Assembly (NCBI GenBank): GCA_049304055.1
Contig: JBAQNT010000007.1
Location: 55,370 to 119,369 of the forward strand
Direction: 5' to 3'
From: Microgenomates group bacterium
GTDB taxonomy: Bacteria; Patescibacteriota; Microgenomatia; UBA1406; GWC2-37-13
Length of the DNA stretch: 64,000 bases
A program made the translations under genes and the position numbers. Shown here one piece after another: positions 44,654 to 54,017 of this stretch (its first letter is position 1; every line of letters starts with the position of its first letter). Under the pieces are notes generated by a model. That model worked only from the letters and a program-made list of their open reading frames with translations. It made no database searches and was not told the DNA's origin.

Positions 44654-45115
44654 ATGTCGAATAGGTATAATTTTTTTTATTTCGAGGCTACATTTAAAAA
44701 ATACCTTCATGCGGGAAACGCAGGAGCCGCCACTATCAAGAGCTATCTCTCAGATCTCCATTTTTTCTTTACGTGGATGCAAAATGAAAAGGAAATTAGT
44801 GAATTAGACCTATATGACGCTCCAAACATATTTACTCACTCATTGGTTCACGAATATCATTCATTCCTTCTAGCCTCGAAAACCCCCTCCTCTACGTATG
44901 ATAGGCGCCTCTCAAGCCTCAGACAGTTCTTTGCCTTCTGCGTGGCCCAGGCGTGGCTAAAATCCAACCCTGCACATGAGTTTGATAGATACACCAAGAC
45001 AGACCAACTGAACGACATTATTACTAGATTCAAAGATCACTTGAAGACCAAAAAGGTCAGTGATGACGTATTAGCGCGTCACATCAATACGATTAGAAAC
45101 CTTATTATCAATTAA
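44654..45115 (+). CDS. Stand-alone phage-integrase N-terminal SAM-like (core-binding) domain protein, with no catalytic domain
   Basis: TIKSYLSDLHFFFTWM and YDRRLSSLRQFFAFCVAQAWLKSNPA fit the tyrosine-recombinase core-binding domain. The ORF stops after about 153 aa without an R..HxxR..Y catalytic domain. Confidence 0.6.
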   Translation: MSNRYNFFYFEATFKKYLHAGNAGAATIKSYLSDLHFFFTWMQNEKEISELDLYDAPNIFTHSLVHEYHSFLLASKTPSSTYDRRLSSLRQFFAFCVAQAWLKSNPAHEFDRYTKTDQLNDIITRFKDHLKTKKVSDDVLARHINTIRNLIIN

Positions 45116-45123
45116 TTAATACT

Positions 45124-45309
45124 ATGAGCTATTTAAATAAAGGTCTTTCAGCTTCAAAAATGGGTGCCTTATTGGCTTTTGAACGCCTTAAAATATGGTT
45201 TGATCCTGCCGTTACAGGCTCCCCTTATGAGTCAGAAGGCCCACGAAACAAGCCACAGACCCAAAAAAGATACCCATTTATACCGAGAAAACTAAGCATG
45301 CGGATGTAA
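45124..45309 (+). CDS. Small hypothetical ORF (61 aa)
   Basis: Only positional support, between the SAM-like gene and the giant gene. No motif found. Confidence 0.2.
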   Translation: MSYLNKGLSASKMGALLAFERLKIWFDPAVTGSPYESEGPRNKPQTQKRYPFIPRKLSMRM

Positions 45310-45395
45310 GTAAGGAACCAATATTAGCAGAGCAATGCATAGTCTGCTAGTTTCAGTATAATTCATATTTGGCCTGTCAGGACAATCTAAACTAA

Positions 45396-48300
45396 ATGAA
45401 GATACTAACAAATAAGACAATTAGCTCCTTCCTCTCCAAACTCACCCTTGACTCTATTCCTGTGCATGAAAAAGTAGAAAAGATCCAATTTGTCGTCCAG
45501 TTCATTGATTGGTTGACCGACAGTAAAGAACTCTCTCCTGGAGACGCGATACGATTTCGCAACGAATTATATAAGAAAAAGAGAGAGTTATCATATAAAC
45601 AGGCTCCAAAACTCTCATTACCTTTAAAATATGTTGGATTTAGCCTCGGAATACTATCGTTACTCCTGGTCGTGGGAGGTATATATATCCGCTTTTTCCG
45701 CAATACCAATACGCCGTTTGCTTATTCTACGGCTCCCGTACAGGCTGGACGTACCATATCATTCCAAGGTCGCCTGACTGACTCACTGGGTAACCCCATC
45801 AACGCCCCCATTGACATTACCTACAACTTTTATACTGCTCCAACCGGTGGAACTCCTATAACCGGATCAACAAGAGTCTGTACTGCAGGACCAGACCAAG
45901 ATGGCGTATTCTCATCCTTAATCGGTAATGATTCAGGACCAAGCTGTAATACGGAACTCCCCAACTCCATATTCACTGAGAATACAACGGTATATTTGGG
46001 TGTTACTGTTGGAACTGAACCAAGCGAGATGACCCCCAGACAGCAGATTGCGAACGTAGGATATGCAATCAATTCAGAGACACTGCAGGGCATGCCGCCA
46101 GGCCAATCTGTCTCCAACGTCCCCTTTATCAATCAGGATGGTAACATGCTAATCGGCGCCTCAAACCCAGGTATACGTTCTACCTATGCAAGCTCTAACT
46201 TCACCATATCGAGCGCTCAGGCAACAACCATACAATCAGCAGGAAGTGGGGATATTACCCTCTCTGCAAGTGAGGGAGGAAGCTTACGATTCAAGGCATA
46301 TAACGGTACGCTAGAGGAGGTTATGACCATCCTCAACACCGGGAGAGTCGGTATTGGCATAACTGCCCCACGAGCGCTACTTGACGTAAATGGAGATGCA
46401 ACTGTATCGGGAAGCCTTATCGCAGGAGGTCAAATCAAGGTTGGAGAGTTTACCTCCCCACCCACGAATCTGGGAAATGGCTCTTTATACTATGACAGCA
46501 ATACAAACAAGATATATTTCTGGAACGGCACTGCTTGGGCAGATATGGGATCAGGGACAACCCAGTACTTTCAACGAACACTGGGAAGCTTGGCTCCCAC
46601 CTACATCACCGATGATATCAACCTTGGAGCTGTGGCAACAGGAAGCGCTATAGTACATCTTCCTGGAACTAACAATCAGAATGCATGGTTCAATTTGGGA
46701 ACGGGAAATGTGGGAATTGGAACGACTGCTCCTCTATCCAAATTCAGTATTGGAGCAAGTGGGGATCCAAGTTATACTGCGTACATATCTAACGGCGATG
46801 ATTACGGTATATTTGGAAGTGGTAATAACTATGGAGTGTATGGATCAGGTGGCAGTGCCGGCGTTTATGGTTTTAGCTCAACCAATAATGGAGTACTTGG
46901 TTCTGCTGCGGGCACGGGTACTGGTCTATATGGCACAAATAGCGGAGGTGGATTTGGTGCATATGCCACTTCCGTATCTGGAACCGGAGGTTATTTTGCT
47001 TCAACAAATGGTGTCGCACTTATTACAGGTACTGGCAATGTCGGTATCGGAAATCCTTCCCCTACAGCTAAACTTGATGTGAGCGGTAACTTAAAAGTAA
47101 GTACTTATGCCACTGTGTCTGGTTCGTTAGCCCTAGGTACATCTAACGCAGCTGCAGGTCCTGGCAACTTAAGTATGTCCGGAAATCTCCTCACGGATGG
47201 AAGTATAACGTTCTCATCGTTAGCCACCGGTATCGTACGGAGCACTTCCGGATTACTGTCATCATCTGCAATCAATCTTGCAAGTGCAGATGTCACAGGC
47301 CTTCTTTCATCAACAAATGGAGGAACAGGTGCAGACAATTCAAGTGCAGCACAATACAGCGTTCCATATTACTCCTCAACGGGAGTGCTTGGTGGAATTC
47401 TCACACCCGGATCAGTTGGATATGTACTCTCCACCAATGGCGCAGGAGGCGCTCCTTCATGGATAAATGCATCTGGAGTAGGTACGAACTATTGGGAAAT
47501 CGCAAACGGCGCACTTTATCCAGTAAATGCTACGCTCGACGCTTTTATAGGAGGTGCAGCGTCTGCATCAGCTAAATTTGCATTCCTTAATGTCAGCTCC
47601 GGCACTCCTACCGCTTCGATATCTGGCACAACTGCAAACGTAAATACTTTCATTGATGGAAATGGAAATATAGGGACGACAAATAGGACTTCGCTCGTAC
47701 TGGGAAACTCAGCCACATATGACTCAACAGGCAATATCTTACTCAACCCGAACGGGACGGGAAATGTAGGTATTGGGACAACTAATCCGGACTATGCATT
47801 GGATGTTGCAGGAAATGTGGGGATCAATGAATACATCTATCATAATGATAATAATCAGCGTGATTACTTCAGATTCTTGAATGATAGGGCGATATTGGTA
47901 ACAGGCAATAGTGTAATATTCGACACACAAAGTGAAAATTTCAACGTGAAAAGCGGTACATTATTTGTACAGAATTCGTCAAGCAATGTAGGTATCGGAA
48001 ATATCACTCCTGCACAAAAGCTTGATGTTGTCGGCAATGCCACTGTTTCTGGTGACTTGATGGCAGGTGGGCAGCTTCAAATCGGACGTTTTGGCTCTGA
48101 GCCAACCGCAGTAGGTGTCGGATCCTTCTACTTCAACACGACAGATAATACACCTTATTATCATAATGGGACAACATGGACTGCTTTTTCTTCAGGTGGC
48201 GCAAACTATTGGAACATCTCAAGCGGTGCTATATATCCGATAAACTCCACACTCGACATGCTTATCGGCGGTACGGCCTCTGCATCCGCTAAGTTTGCAT

Positions 48301-51300
48301 TCCTCAATGTGGGTGGTGGCACACCCACTGCATCGGTCGCCGGCTCATTGGCAAATGTGGCTACCTATCTGACAGGAGATGGAAACTTAGGCACAACTAA
48401 TATGGCAGCCCTAACTGTAGGTGGCGCATCGACCGGGTCTATCCAACTATCACCAAAAGGCACGACGGGACTGTTTGTTGATGGGAGTGGAAATGTGGGA
48501 GTTGGAACGACTGCTCCTGCTAATCCTCTTGAAATAGCCTCAACAAACAATCAATTAAGATTATCCTATACGAGTGGAAGTGTTTACTCTACCCTCTACA
48601 CGGATAGTTCTGGTTATACTCACCTCTCAGGAACCGGTGGCAGAACAATTAATGATAATGGTATATTCCGCTCAAATTATCTTTGGGATAACGGAACAAG
48701 TCTCAGCATCCAAACTGTAGGTACCGGCAGAAATATCATTGTGTCCACGTCAGATGTCGCAGATGACATCCAATTACAACCAAGCGGGGGTAATGTAGGA
48801 ATAGGGATAGCAAGCCCTAATTATGTACTTGATGTAGTGGGCGACATCAACCTCACAGGAGCCATCCGCGCCAATGGCGATGCAGGAACGAGTGGTTATA
48901 TCCTCACATCAGCTGGAGGTGGAGTAAATACATGGACCGATCCCTCCACTTTAGGAAGTGGCGCCAATCTATGGAAGATAACGAATGGCGCTCTTTATCC
49001 CGTGAATGCGACACTTGACGCATTTATCGGCGGTACGGCCTCTGCATCAGCTAAGTTTGCATTCCTGAATGTGAACTCAGGTACCCCTACCGCATCGGTC
49101 GCCGGCTCATTGGCAAATGTGGCTACCTATCTGACAGGGAACGGTAATTTAGCTACAACCAACATGGCAGCCCTAACTGTAGGTGGCGCATCGACCGGGT
49201 CTATCCAACTATCACCAAAAGGCACGACGGGACTAAATATAAATGGAAATGGAGATGTGGGGGTTGGGATAGTTCCAGATTCAACAGCCAGATTGCAAAT
49301 ATATAAATACAATGGAACAAATAATGCAGCAACGACCGGAACGCTCAGTAATATCTTGTTGTACCAAACCGCCTCATCTGACTTTAATAATAACGCTTTC
49401 CAATACAATCTTCAGACCGCTGCAAATACAGGTGTTACAAACAACTGGTCACAAATAGGATTTGGTGGAGGTGTACAGATTGGCGCCAGTCATTTGGGTA
49501 CATTTGGAACGGTTACCGGAATTAATAACTGGAACTACATCCTTGCAGGAGCTGCAGGTACTGTTTCTTCAATGAATGGGATGTGGATAAATCAAACAAG
49601 CACTGGTGCTAATACTACCAGTATTACCAATAGCAGAGGTATATATATAAGTACACCAACACTCAATGGTGCCACATTGGCAAACAACTATGGAATATAC
49701 TTGGAGGATCAATCTTCAATTGGAGGTACCAGCAACTACTCTATATATTCAGCGGGTGGAGCTAATTATTTCGCTGGAAATACAGGTATTGGAATTTCTC
49801 CAACTTATAAATTAGATGTTTCAGGCGATATTAATCTCACTGGCGCCCTTCGTGCAAATGGAAGCGCAGGTACAACCGGATACATTCTCACATCAGCTGG
49901 AGGTGGAGTAAATACATGGACCGATCCTGCGTCGCTTATAACTGGTGGAGAAACGCTCTGGACAATCCTCAATGGTGCACTCTATCCTGTAAATGCTACG
50001 GTCGATACATTTATAGGAGGAACAGCGTCTTCATCAGCTAAATTTGCATTCCTGAATGTGAACTCAGGTACTCCTACTGCCTCCATATCGGGAACTACTG
50101 CTAATGTGAATACATTCATCGATGGTAATGGAAATATTGGGACAACAAACAGAAAGACTCTGACTATTGGCAACAGTACGACATATAATACGACAGGAAA
50201 TGTGTTGATAAACCCAAACGCTGCAAGCAATGTTGGAATCGGTACGATTGATCCACAGACATTATTCCACGTCCAGCAAGTAGCAGTGACATCCACCGCT
50301 GAGGAGATTGCACGATTCAATGTGAGCGATGATGCGACGGCCTATTTCTCACTCAGAAACGGATCAACAACGGACGGACTTTTTTCACCACAGATGAGAT
50401 TCCGTGGCTCCGGCTCAACAACTGCTGGAAACATACAAGCGATGATTACAACTGATACCGGCACCTCTCCAGCACTTGTCTTTACCTCCCAACTGGCCAG
50501 TAGTGCACTCGCCACCCGCCCTGTGCTCGCTATCCGAAATTACACGACCGACCTTATGACAGTCCTTGCAAACGGGAGTGTCGGGATTGGGACAACTTCC
50601 CCACTTGCGGCACTTGATATCCGCAAGACCTCTGGGACCACTCCTGTCGCATCCATCTCTGGAGCTACATCCAAGTCCACGTTAGTCGTTGACCAATCGG
50701 GAGTAGGAGATATTATGACCGCTTCCTCATCGGGCGAGACACGCTTTGTGGTCAAGAATAATGGCAATGTGGGCATTGGTCTTACCAATCCAACTTACAA
50801 ACTTGATGTCAACGGAACCGTGCGAGGTGATATATTCACCGATACAGTAGGCAGCGGAGCATACTATGTCGATCCATCAGGTGACTCGGTGTTCGGCGGA
50901 GGCTTAAGCTTAGTGGGTGGCTTTACGGCATCTTCTGCATCGGTATCAGGCAATCTTACCATGGGATATGGTGGACAGTTGCGCTCAGCATATGGCCCCC
51001 TTAACCTTGCCTATAAATCAGGTCTCAATACCTGGTCTACCGGACTGATTCTGCAGGATACTACGGGAAATGTGGGAATAGGAACGATTGCGCCTGTTGC
51101 AAATCTCCATGTATTCTCTGCCGCAAATGCACAGATGCGACTGGAAACAGGTGCTAATGCAGATGGAGCATTTAATATCTTGGAAGATGGTGGCGCTAAT
51201 GACCATGGCGCATCCTTTGCTCTTGATGGTACTAATAATGTTGTTTCTTGGCAAAGCGTGCTTTCAGGAGTAGGTACGAATGTACTTTCTATTCCTTATG

Positions 51301-53957
51301 CGGGAACCTATGCTAACAGAATTGGGATAAACACAACAACCCCTCTTGCAAGTCTTGATCTTCGATCGATGTTGGGGACTATCCCTGTGGCATCCATCTC
51401 AGGAAACACGAGTCAGGCCGCACTCATTGTCGATCAATCAGGCATTGGGGATATTTTCACAGCATCCTCATCGGGCGAAACGCGATTCGTTATAAAGAGC
51501 AATGGAAATGTCGGTATTGGAGTGTCCGATCCGACCAGTAAGCTGTCGATTGCAGGCACCAGTTCCACTATTTCAAACTTGAGTGGTGACATCGTCTTTG
51601 ACTCCGCTTCAAATAATATTTCTTTCTCTAACGATAATCTTATTAATGTGGGGAATATTGCCTCGATTGGACAGATACAAGTGGGTGGCTTTGCAAGTCC
51701 ACCTACTTCGATCGGAAATGGTGCGATGTATTATGACACGGTAAACAATAAGATATTCTATTGGGATGGGAGCGTCTGGTCTGAGATGGGTTCAAAATAT
51801 TGGCAAAGAACTTTGGGGAGTCTTTCGCCACAATATATAACGGACGCGCTTAATTTGGGAGCGATTGCGAGTGGAAGTGCACTTGTCCACTTGCCTGGAA
51901 CCAACAATCAGGATGCATGGTTTAATCTGGGAACAGGAACTGTGGGTATCGGGACCACGACTCCTGATTCAGGCGGATATGGATATAAATTGGATGTCAC
52001 GGGCACAATGGTTGCCGATCAGTATTTTGACTCGGCATCAAATTCCTATTATGTCGATCCCGCGGGAGACTCGGTGTTGGGTGGTAACGTCACATTGGGT
52101 GACATTTTCATGATCGATGGCACGCCTCTCATATCCTCCCTTAATGCAGGCTCTTATAGCACGATAACCATCAAAGGATCGGGAGACACGACAACTGCAT
52201 CGCTCTGTGTGGATGAGGGTACAGGTTCTGCATGTGACGGTAAAATCAATGCCGGCACCATCGACCCTCCGTATACCATTAATGGGAAAAAATACGCCAC
52301 ATACCTCCCTTCTATGACCGGCGTTAAAGAAGAGACGACCGGAAAGGTCATGTTGACCGAGCGAAACGAAGAAGCAAAGGCATATATCAAACGCATAGCG
52401 CTTGGAAACCAGCACGAAGATTCAGACTTGTGGCTTTTTGCAAAAGCGACAAACCTGAAAGACCAAATACAGGATATGACTGTCCTTCTTTCTTCAAATA
52501 CCAATGGAAAAACATGGTACTCCGTGGACCCAGCAACAATGGTGCTCACGTTCTATTCATCAACCCCAAGCGAAGTGTCCTATCGCCTCACTGCTCCTCG
52601 ATTTGATGCAGGTCGATGGGCCAATACCAGACATGAGAGTGATTTTGGCACTGGTTTTATCCTGAATGACAGGGGGAATATCCTTGCCGGAGATGCACCT
52701 ACTTATACTGCGCCAAAGATAGTAGCTCAAGGGACTGTATTCACTCTTATCGGAAACTTTATCGAAGAATTCACCGCCGCAAACCAAGCACTGTTCGCAA
52801 ACATTACCGCAGGTATTATATCGACCCAGAAAATAATATCCCCAATTGCTGAAATCGATACATTGAATGTAAGTAATAAAATACAGTCGAAAGAAATTAA
52901 TACAGAGCTCTTGAAAGCCTCAAACACCATTGAAACCCCGCGATTGAATACGAATGTTATCGATATTGGGACACAGTCGGGACAGCTTGCAAAACTCGTC
53001 ATCAATGGACTGTATAATACGCCAGTCGTAACGATAGATGCAGAAGGATCGGCTACGTTTGCAGGAACATTGACCGCAGAGGCTGTCCAAACAGAGAATG
53101 CGTCGATCTCAGGGACACTCATCGCAAAAGAGATACAATCTGAAACGATTGACGCGCTTTCTACCCAACTTGCAAGCAATTCATCCACTCTCGCCTCTTC
53201 ATATCAGGAACTGAGTGGCGATATCAATGCTGTACAACAAGAGTTGGCGGCATTAAGAACTTCACCACTTCCAAATGCATCGTATTATCAAAATCTGGAT
53301 GCAACATATAATTCACTATCTATTACAGATACAGCAAACATCTATAAAGCATACATATCAGACTCATTGGTTGTTGGCTCCCTCTTTATGGAGGATCACT
53401 CGATACTTGCGCTCGCCTCCGATCTCTCCATCTCATCGCTTGGCACGATAACGTTTTTTGATGGATCAGTTATCATGGCAAAAAATGGAAATATCACATC
53501 AAAAGGTGAGATTTCAGCCTCCTCTCTTGCTATTAAGAACAAGGAGGGTGTTACCGTTGCTGAGATTGACGCATCAGGCTCCGCTCGATTCAACGAAGTA
53601 ATTGCAAAGAAATTTTCCCTTGAGTCGATCGCGACGCAAGGGGCTCTTATTGCCGATTCAGGGATAGTAAATAATATCAATGTCCCAATACCAGCCATCA
53701 AGACAAATGCTGAGGTCGCTGGAATTGGGGCTGTACCTCAAGACGCCAAAGAAGTCATCATTTATAATGACAATGTTACGGAAGATTCCCTCATCTATCT
53801 GACTCCAACTTCTGACAACATGCAAGGTCAACTTTCTGTAAGTAAAAAGGTGACCTGTGCACCAAACGCAACACTTCCCTGCACGCCTTATTTCATCGTA
53901 TCTTCCAGTCTGTTGATACACACTGAAACTCCCTTTAACTGGCTTATCATCAATTAA
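45396..53957 (+). CDS. Giant membrane-anchored fibre/adhesin-like protein (2853 aa) built from tail-fibre-like repeat modules
   Basis: The N-terminal cytoplasmic ~75 aa are followed by the TM GFSLGILSLLLVVGGIYI. There are dozens of GNVGIGTT.P..KLDV motifs and recurrent G(N/S)GxxYYDxxxNKxxxWxGxxW motifs. Gly/Thr/Ser/Asn-rich beta composition. Confidence 0.9.
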   Translation: MKILTNKTISSFLSKLTLDSIPVHEKVEKIQFVVQFIDWLTDSKELSPGDAIRFRNELYKKKRELSYKQAPKLSLPLKYVGFSLGILSLLLVVGGIYIRFFRNTNTPFAYSTAPVQAGRTISFQGRLTDSLGNPINAPIDITYNFYTAPTGGTPITGSTRVCTAGPDQDGVFSSLIGNDSGPSCNTELPNSIFTENTTVYLGVTVGTEPSEMTPRQQIANVGYAINSETLQGMPPGQSVSNVPFINQDGNMLIGASNPGIRSTYASSNFTISSAQATTIQSAGSGDITLSASEGGSLRFKAYNGTLEEVMTILNTGRVGIGITAPRALLDVNGDATVSGSLIAGGQIKVGEFTSPPTNLGNGSLYYDSNTNKIYFWNGTAWADMGSGTTQYFQRTLGSLAPTYITDDINLGAVATGSAIVHLPGTNNQNAWFNLGTGNVGIGTTAPLSKFSIGASGDPSYTAYISNGDDYGIFGSGNNYGVYGSGGSAGVYGFSSTNNGVLGSAAGTGTGLYGTNSGGGFGAYATSVSGTGGYFASTNGVALITGTGNVGIGNPSPTAKLDVSGNLKVSTYATVSGSLALGTSNAAAGPGNLSMSGNLLTDGSITFSSLATGIVRSTSGLLSSSAINLASADVTGLLSSTNGGTGADNSSAAQYSVPYYSSTGVLGGILTPGSVGYVLSTNGAGGAPSWINASGVGTNYWEIANGALYPVNATLDAFIGGAASASAKFAFLNVSSGTPTASISGTTANVNTFIDGNGNIGTTNRTSLVLGNSATYDSTGNILLNPNGTGNVGIGTTNPDYALDVAGNVGINEYIYHNDNNQRDYFRFLNDRAILVTGNSVIFDTQSENFNVKSGTLFVQNSSSNVGIGNITPAQKLDVVGNATVSGDLMAGGQLQIGRFGSEPTAVGVGSFYFNTTDNTPYYHNGTTWTAFSSGGANYWNISSGAIYPINSTLDMLIGGTASASAKFAFLNVGGGTPTASVAGSLANVATYLTGDGNLGTTNMAALTVGGASTGSIQLSPKGTTGLFVDGSGNVGVGTTAPANPLEIASTNNQLRLSYTSGSVYSTLYTDSSGYTHLSGTGGRTINDNGIFRSNYLWDNGTSLSIQTVGTGRNIIVSTSDVADDIQLQPSGGNVGIGIASPNYVLDVVGDINLTGAIRANGDAGTSGYILTSAGGGVNTWTDPSTLGSGANLWKITNGALYPVNATLDAFIGGTASASAKFAFLNVNSGTPTASVAGSLANVATYLTGNGNLATTNMAALTVGGASTGSIQLSPKGTTGLNINGNGDVGVGIVPDSTARLQIYKYNGTNNAATTGTLSNILLYQTASSDFNNNAFQYNLQTAANTGVTNNWSQIGFGGGVQIGASHLGTFGTVTGINNWNYILAGAAGTVSSMNGMWINQTSTGANTTSITNSRGIYISTPTLNGATLANNYGIYLEDQSSIGGTSNYSIYSAGGANYFAGNTGIGISPTYKLDVSGDINLTGALRANGSAGTTGYILTSAGGGVNTWTDPASLITGGETLWTILNGALYPVNATVDTFIGGTASSSAKFAFLNVNSGTPTASISGTTANVNTFIDGNGNIGTTNRKTLTIGNSTTYNTTGNVLINPNAASNVGIGTIDPQTLFHVQQVAVTSTAEEIARFNVSDDATAYFSLRNGSTTDGLFSPQMRFRGSGSTTAGNIQAMITTDTGTSPALVFTSQLASSALATRPVLAIRNYTTDLMTVLANGSVGIGTTSPLAALDIRKTSGTTPVASISGATSKSTLVVDQSGVGDIMTASSSGETRFVVKNNGNVGIGLTNPTYKLDVNGTVRGDIFTDTVGSGAYYVDPSGDSVFGGGLSLVGGFTASSASVSGNLTMGYGGQLRSAYGPLNLAYKSGLNTWSTGLILQDTTGNVGIGTIAPVANLHVFSAANAQMRLETGANADGAFNILEDGGANDHGASFALDGTNNVVSWQSVLSGVGTNVLSIPYAGTYANRIGINTTTPLASLDLRSMLGTIPVASISGNTSQAALIVDQSGIGDIFTASSSGETRFVIKSNGNVGIGVSDPTSKLSIAGTSSTISNLSGDIVFDSASNNISFSNDNLINVGNIASIGQIQVGGFASPPTSIGNGAMYYDTVNNKIFYWDGSVWSEMGSKYWQRTLGSLSPQYITDALNLGAIASGSALVHLPGTNNQDAWFNLGTGTVGIGTTTPDSGGYGYKLDVTGTMVADQYFDSASNSYYVDPAGDSVLGGNVTLGDIFMIDGTPLISSLNAGSYSTITIKGSGDTTTASLCVDEGTGSACDGKINAGTIDPPYTINGKKYATYLPSMTGVKEETTGKVMLTERNEEAKAYIKRIALGNQHEDSDLWLFAKATNLKDQIQDMTVLLSSNTNGKTWYSVDPATMVLTFYSSTPSEVSYRLTAPRFDAGRWANTRHESDFGTGFILNDRGNILAGDAPTYTAPKIVAQGTVFTLIGNFIEEFTAANQALFANITAGIISTQKIISPIAEIDTLNVSNKIQSKEINTELLKASNTIETPRLNTNVIDIGTQSGQLAKLVINGLYNTPVVTIDAEGSATFAGTLTAEAVQTENASISGTLIAKEIQSETIDALSTQLASNSSTLASSYQELSGDINAVQQELAALRTSPLPNASYYQNLDATYNSLSITDTANIYKAYISDSLVVGSLFMEDHSILALASDLSISSLGTITFFDGSVIMAKNGNITSKGEISASSLAIKNKEGVTVAEIDASGSARFNEVIAKKFSLESIATQGALIADSGIVNNINVPIPAIKTNAEVAGIGAVPQDAKEVIIYNDNVTEDSLIYLTPTSDNMQGQLSVSKKVTCAPNATLPCTPYFIVSSSLLIHTETPFNWLIIN
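47481..50272 (+). repeat. Four copies of a ~110-aa intragenic module arranged A-B-B-A
   Basis: Copies lie at 47481-47810 (A), 48195-48536 (B), 48954-49305 (B) and 49941-50272 (A). All begin (N/L)xW.I.NGA(L/I)YP(V/I)N(A/S)T(L/V)D..IGG(T/A)AS(A/S)SAKFAFLNV. The two B copies share exact stretches of 47 and 71 nt (48402-48472 = 49164-49234). Confidence 0.85.
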
Positions 53958-53979
53958 ATTTAATACAGCAATTTGACCC

Positions 53980-54008
53980 TTGACATGATATAAAAATTCC
54001 TCTACATT
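53980..54008 (+). promoter_or_regulatory. Sigma70-type promoter TTGACA-17-TACATT, 9 nt before the ATG at 54018
   Basis: TTGACA at 53980-53985 and TACATT at 54003-54008. The track start at 54012 is a TTG. Confidence 0.55.
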
Positions 54009-54017
54009 GAATTGTAT

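Noticed and set aside
44654-45115. An integrase-like gene considered as a marker of a prophage or integrative element. The nearby tRNA-free 390-bp spacer was considered as an att site.
   Set aside because: Only the core-binding domain is present. There is no catalytic domain, no phage structural or replication genes, and no flanking direct repeats that I could find. It is reported as an orphan domain protein instead.
47481-50272. Regularly spaced repeats considered as a CRISPR array, or as template/variable repeats of a diversity-generating retroelement.
   Set aside because: The repeats are about 330 nt long, in frame inside one ORF, and separated by coding sequence, so this is not CRISPR. 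Differences between copies are not adenine-specific and no reverse transcriptase gene is in the window, so this is not DGR-like.
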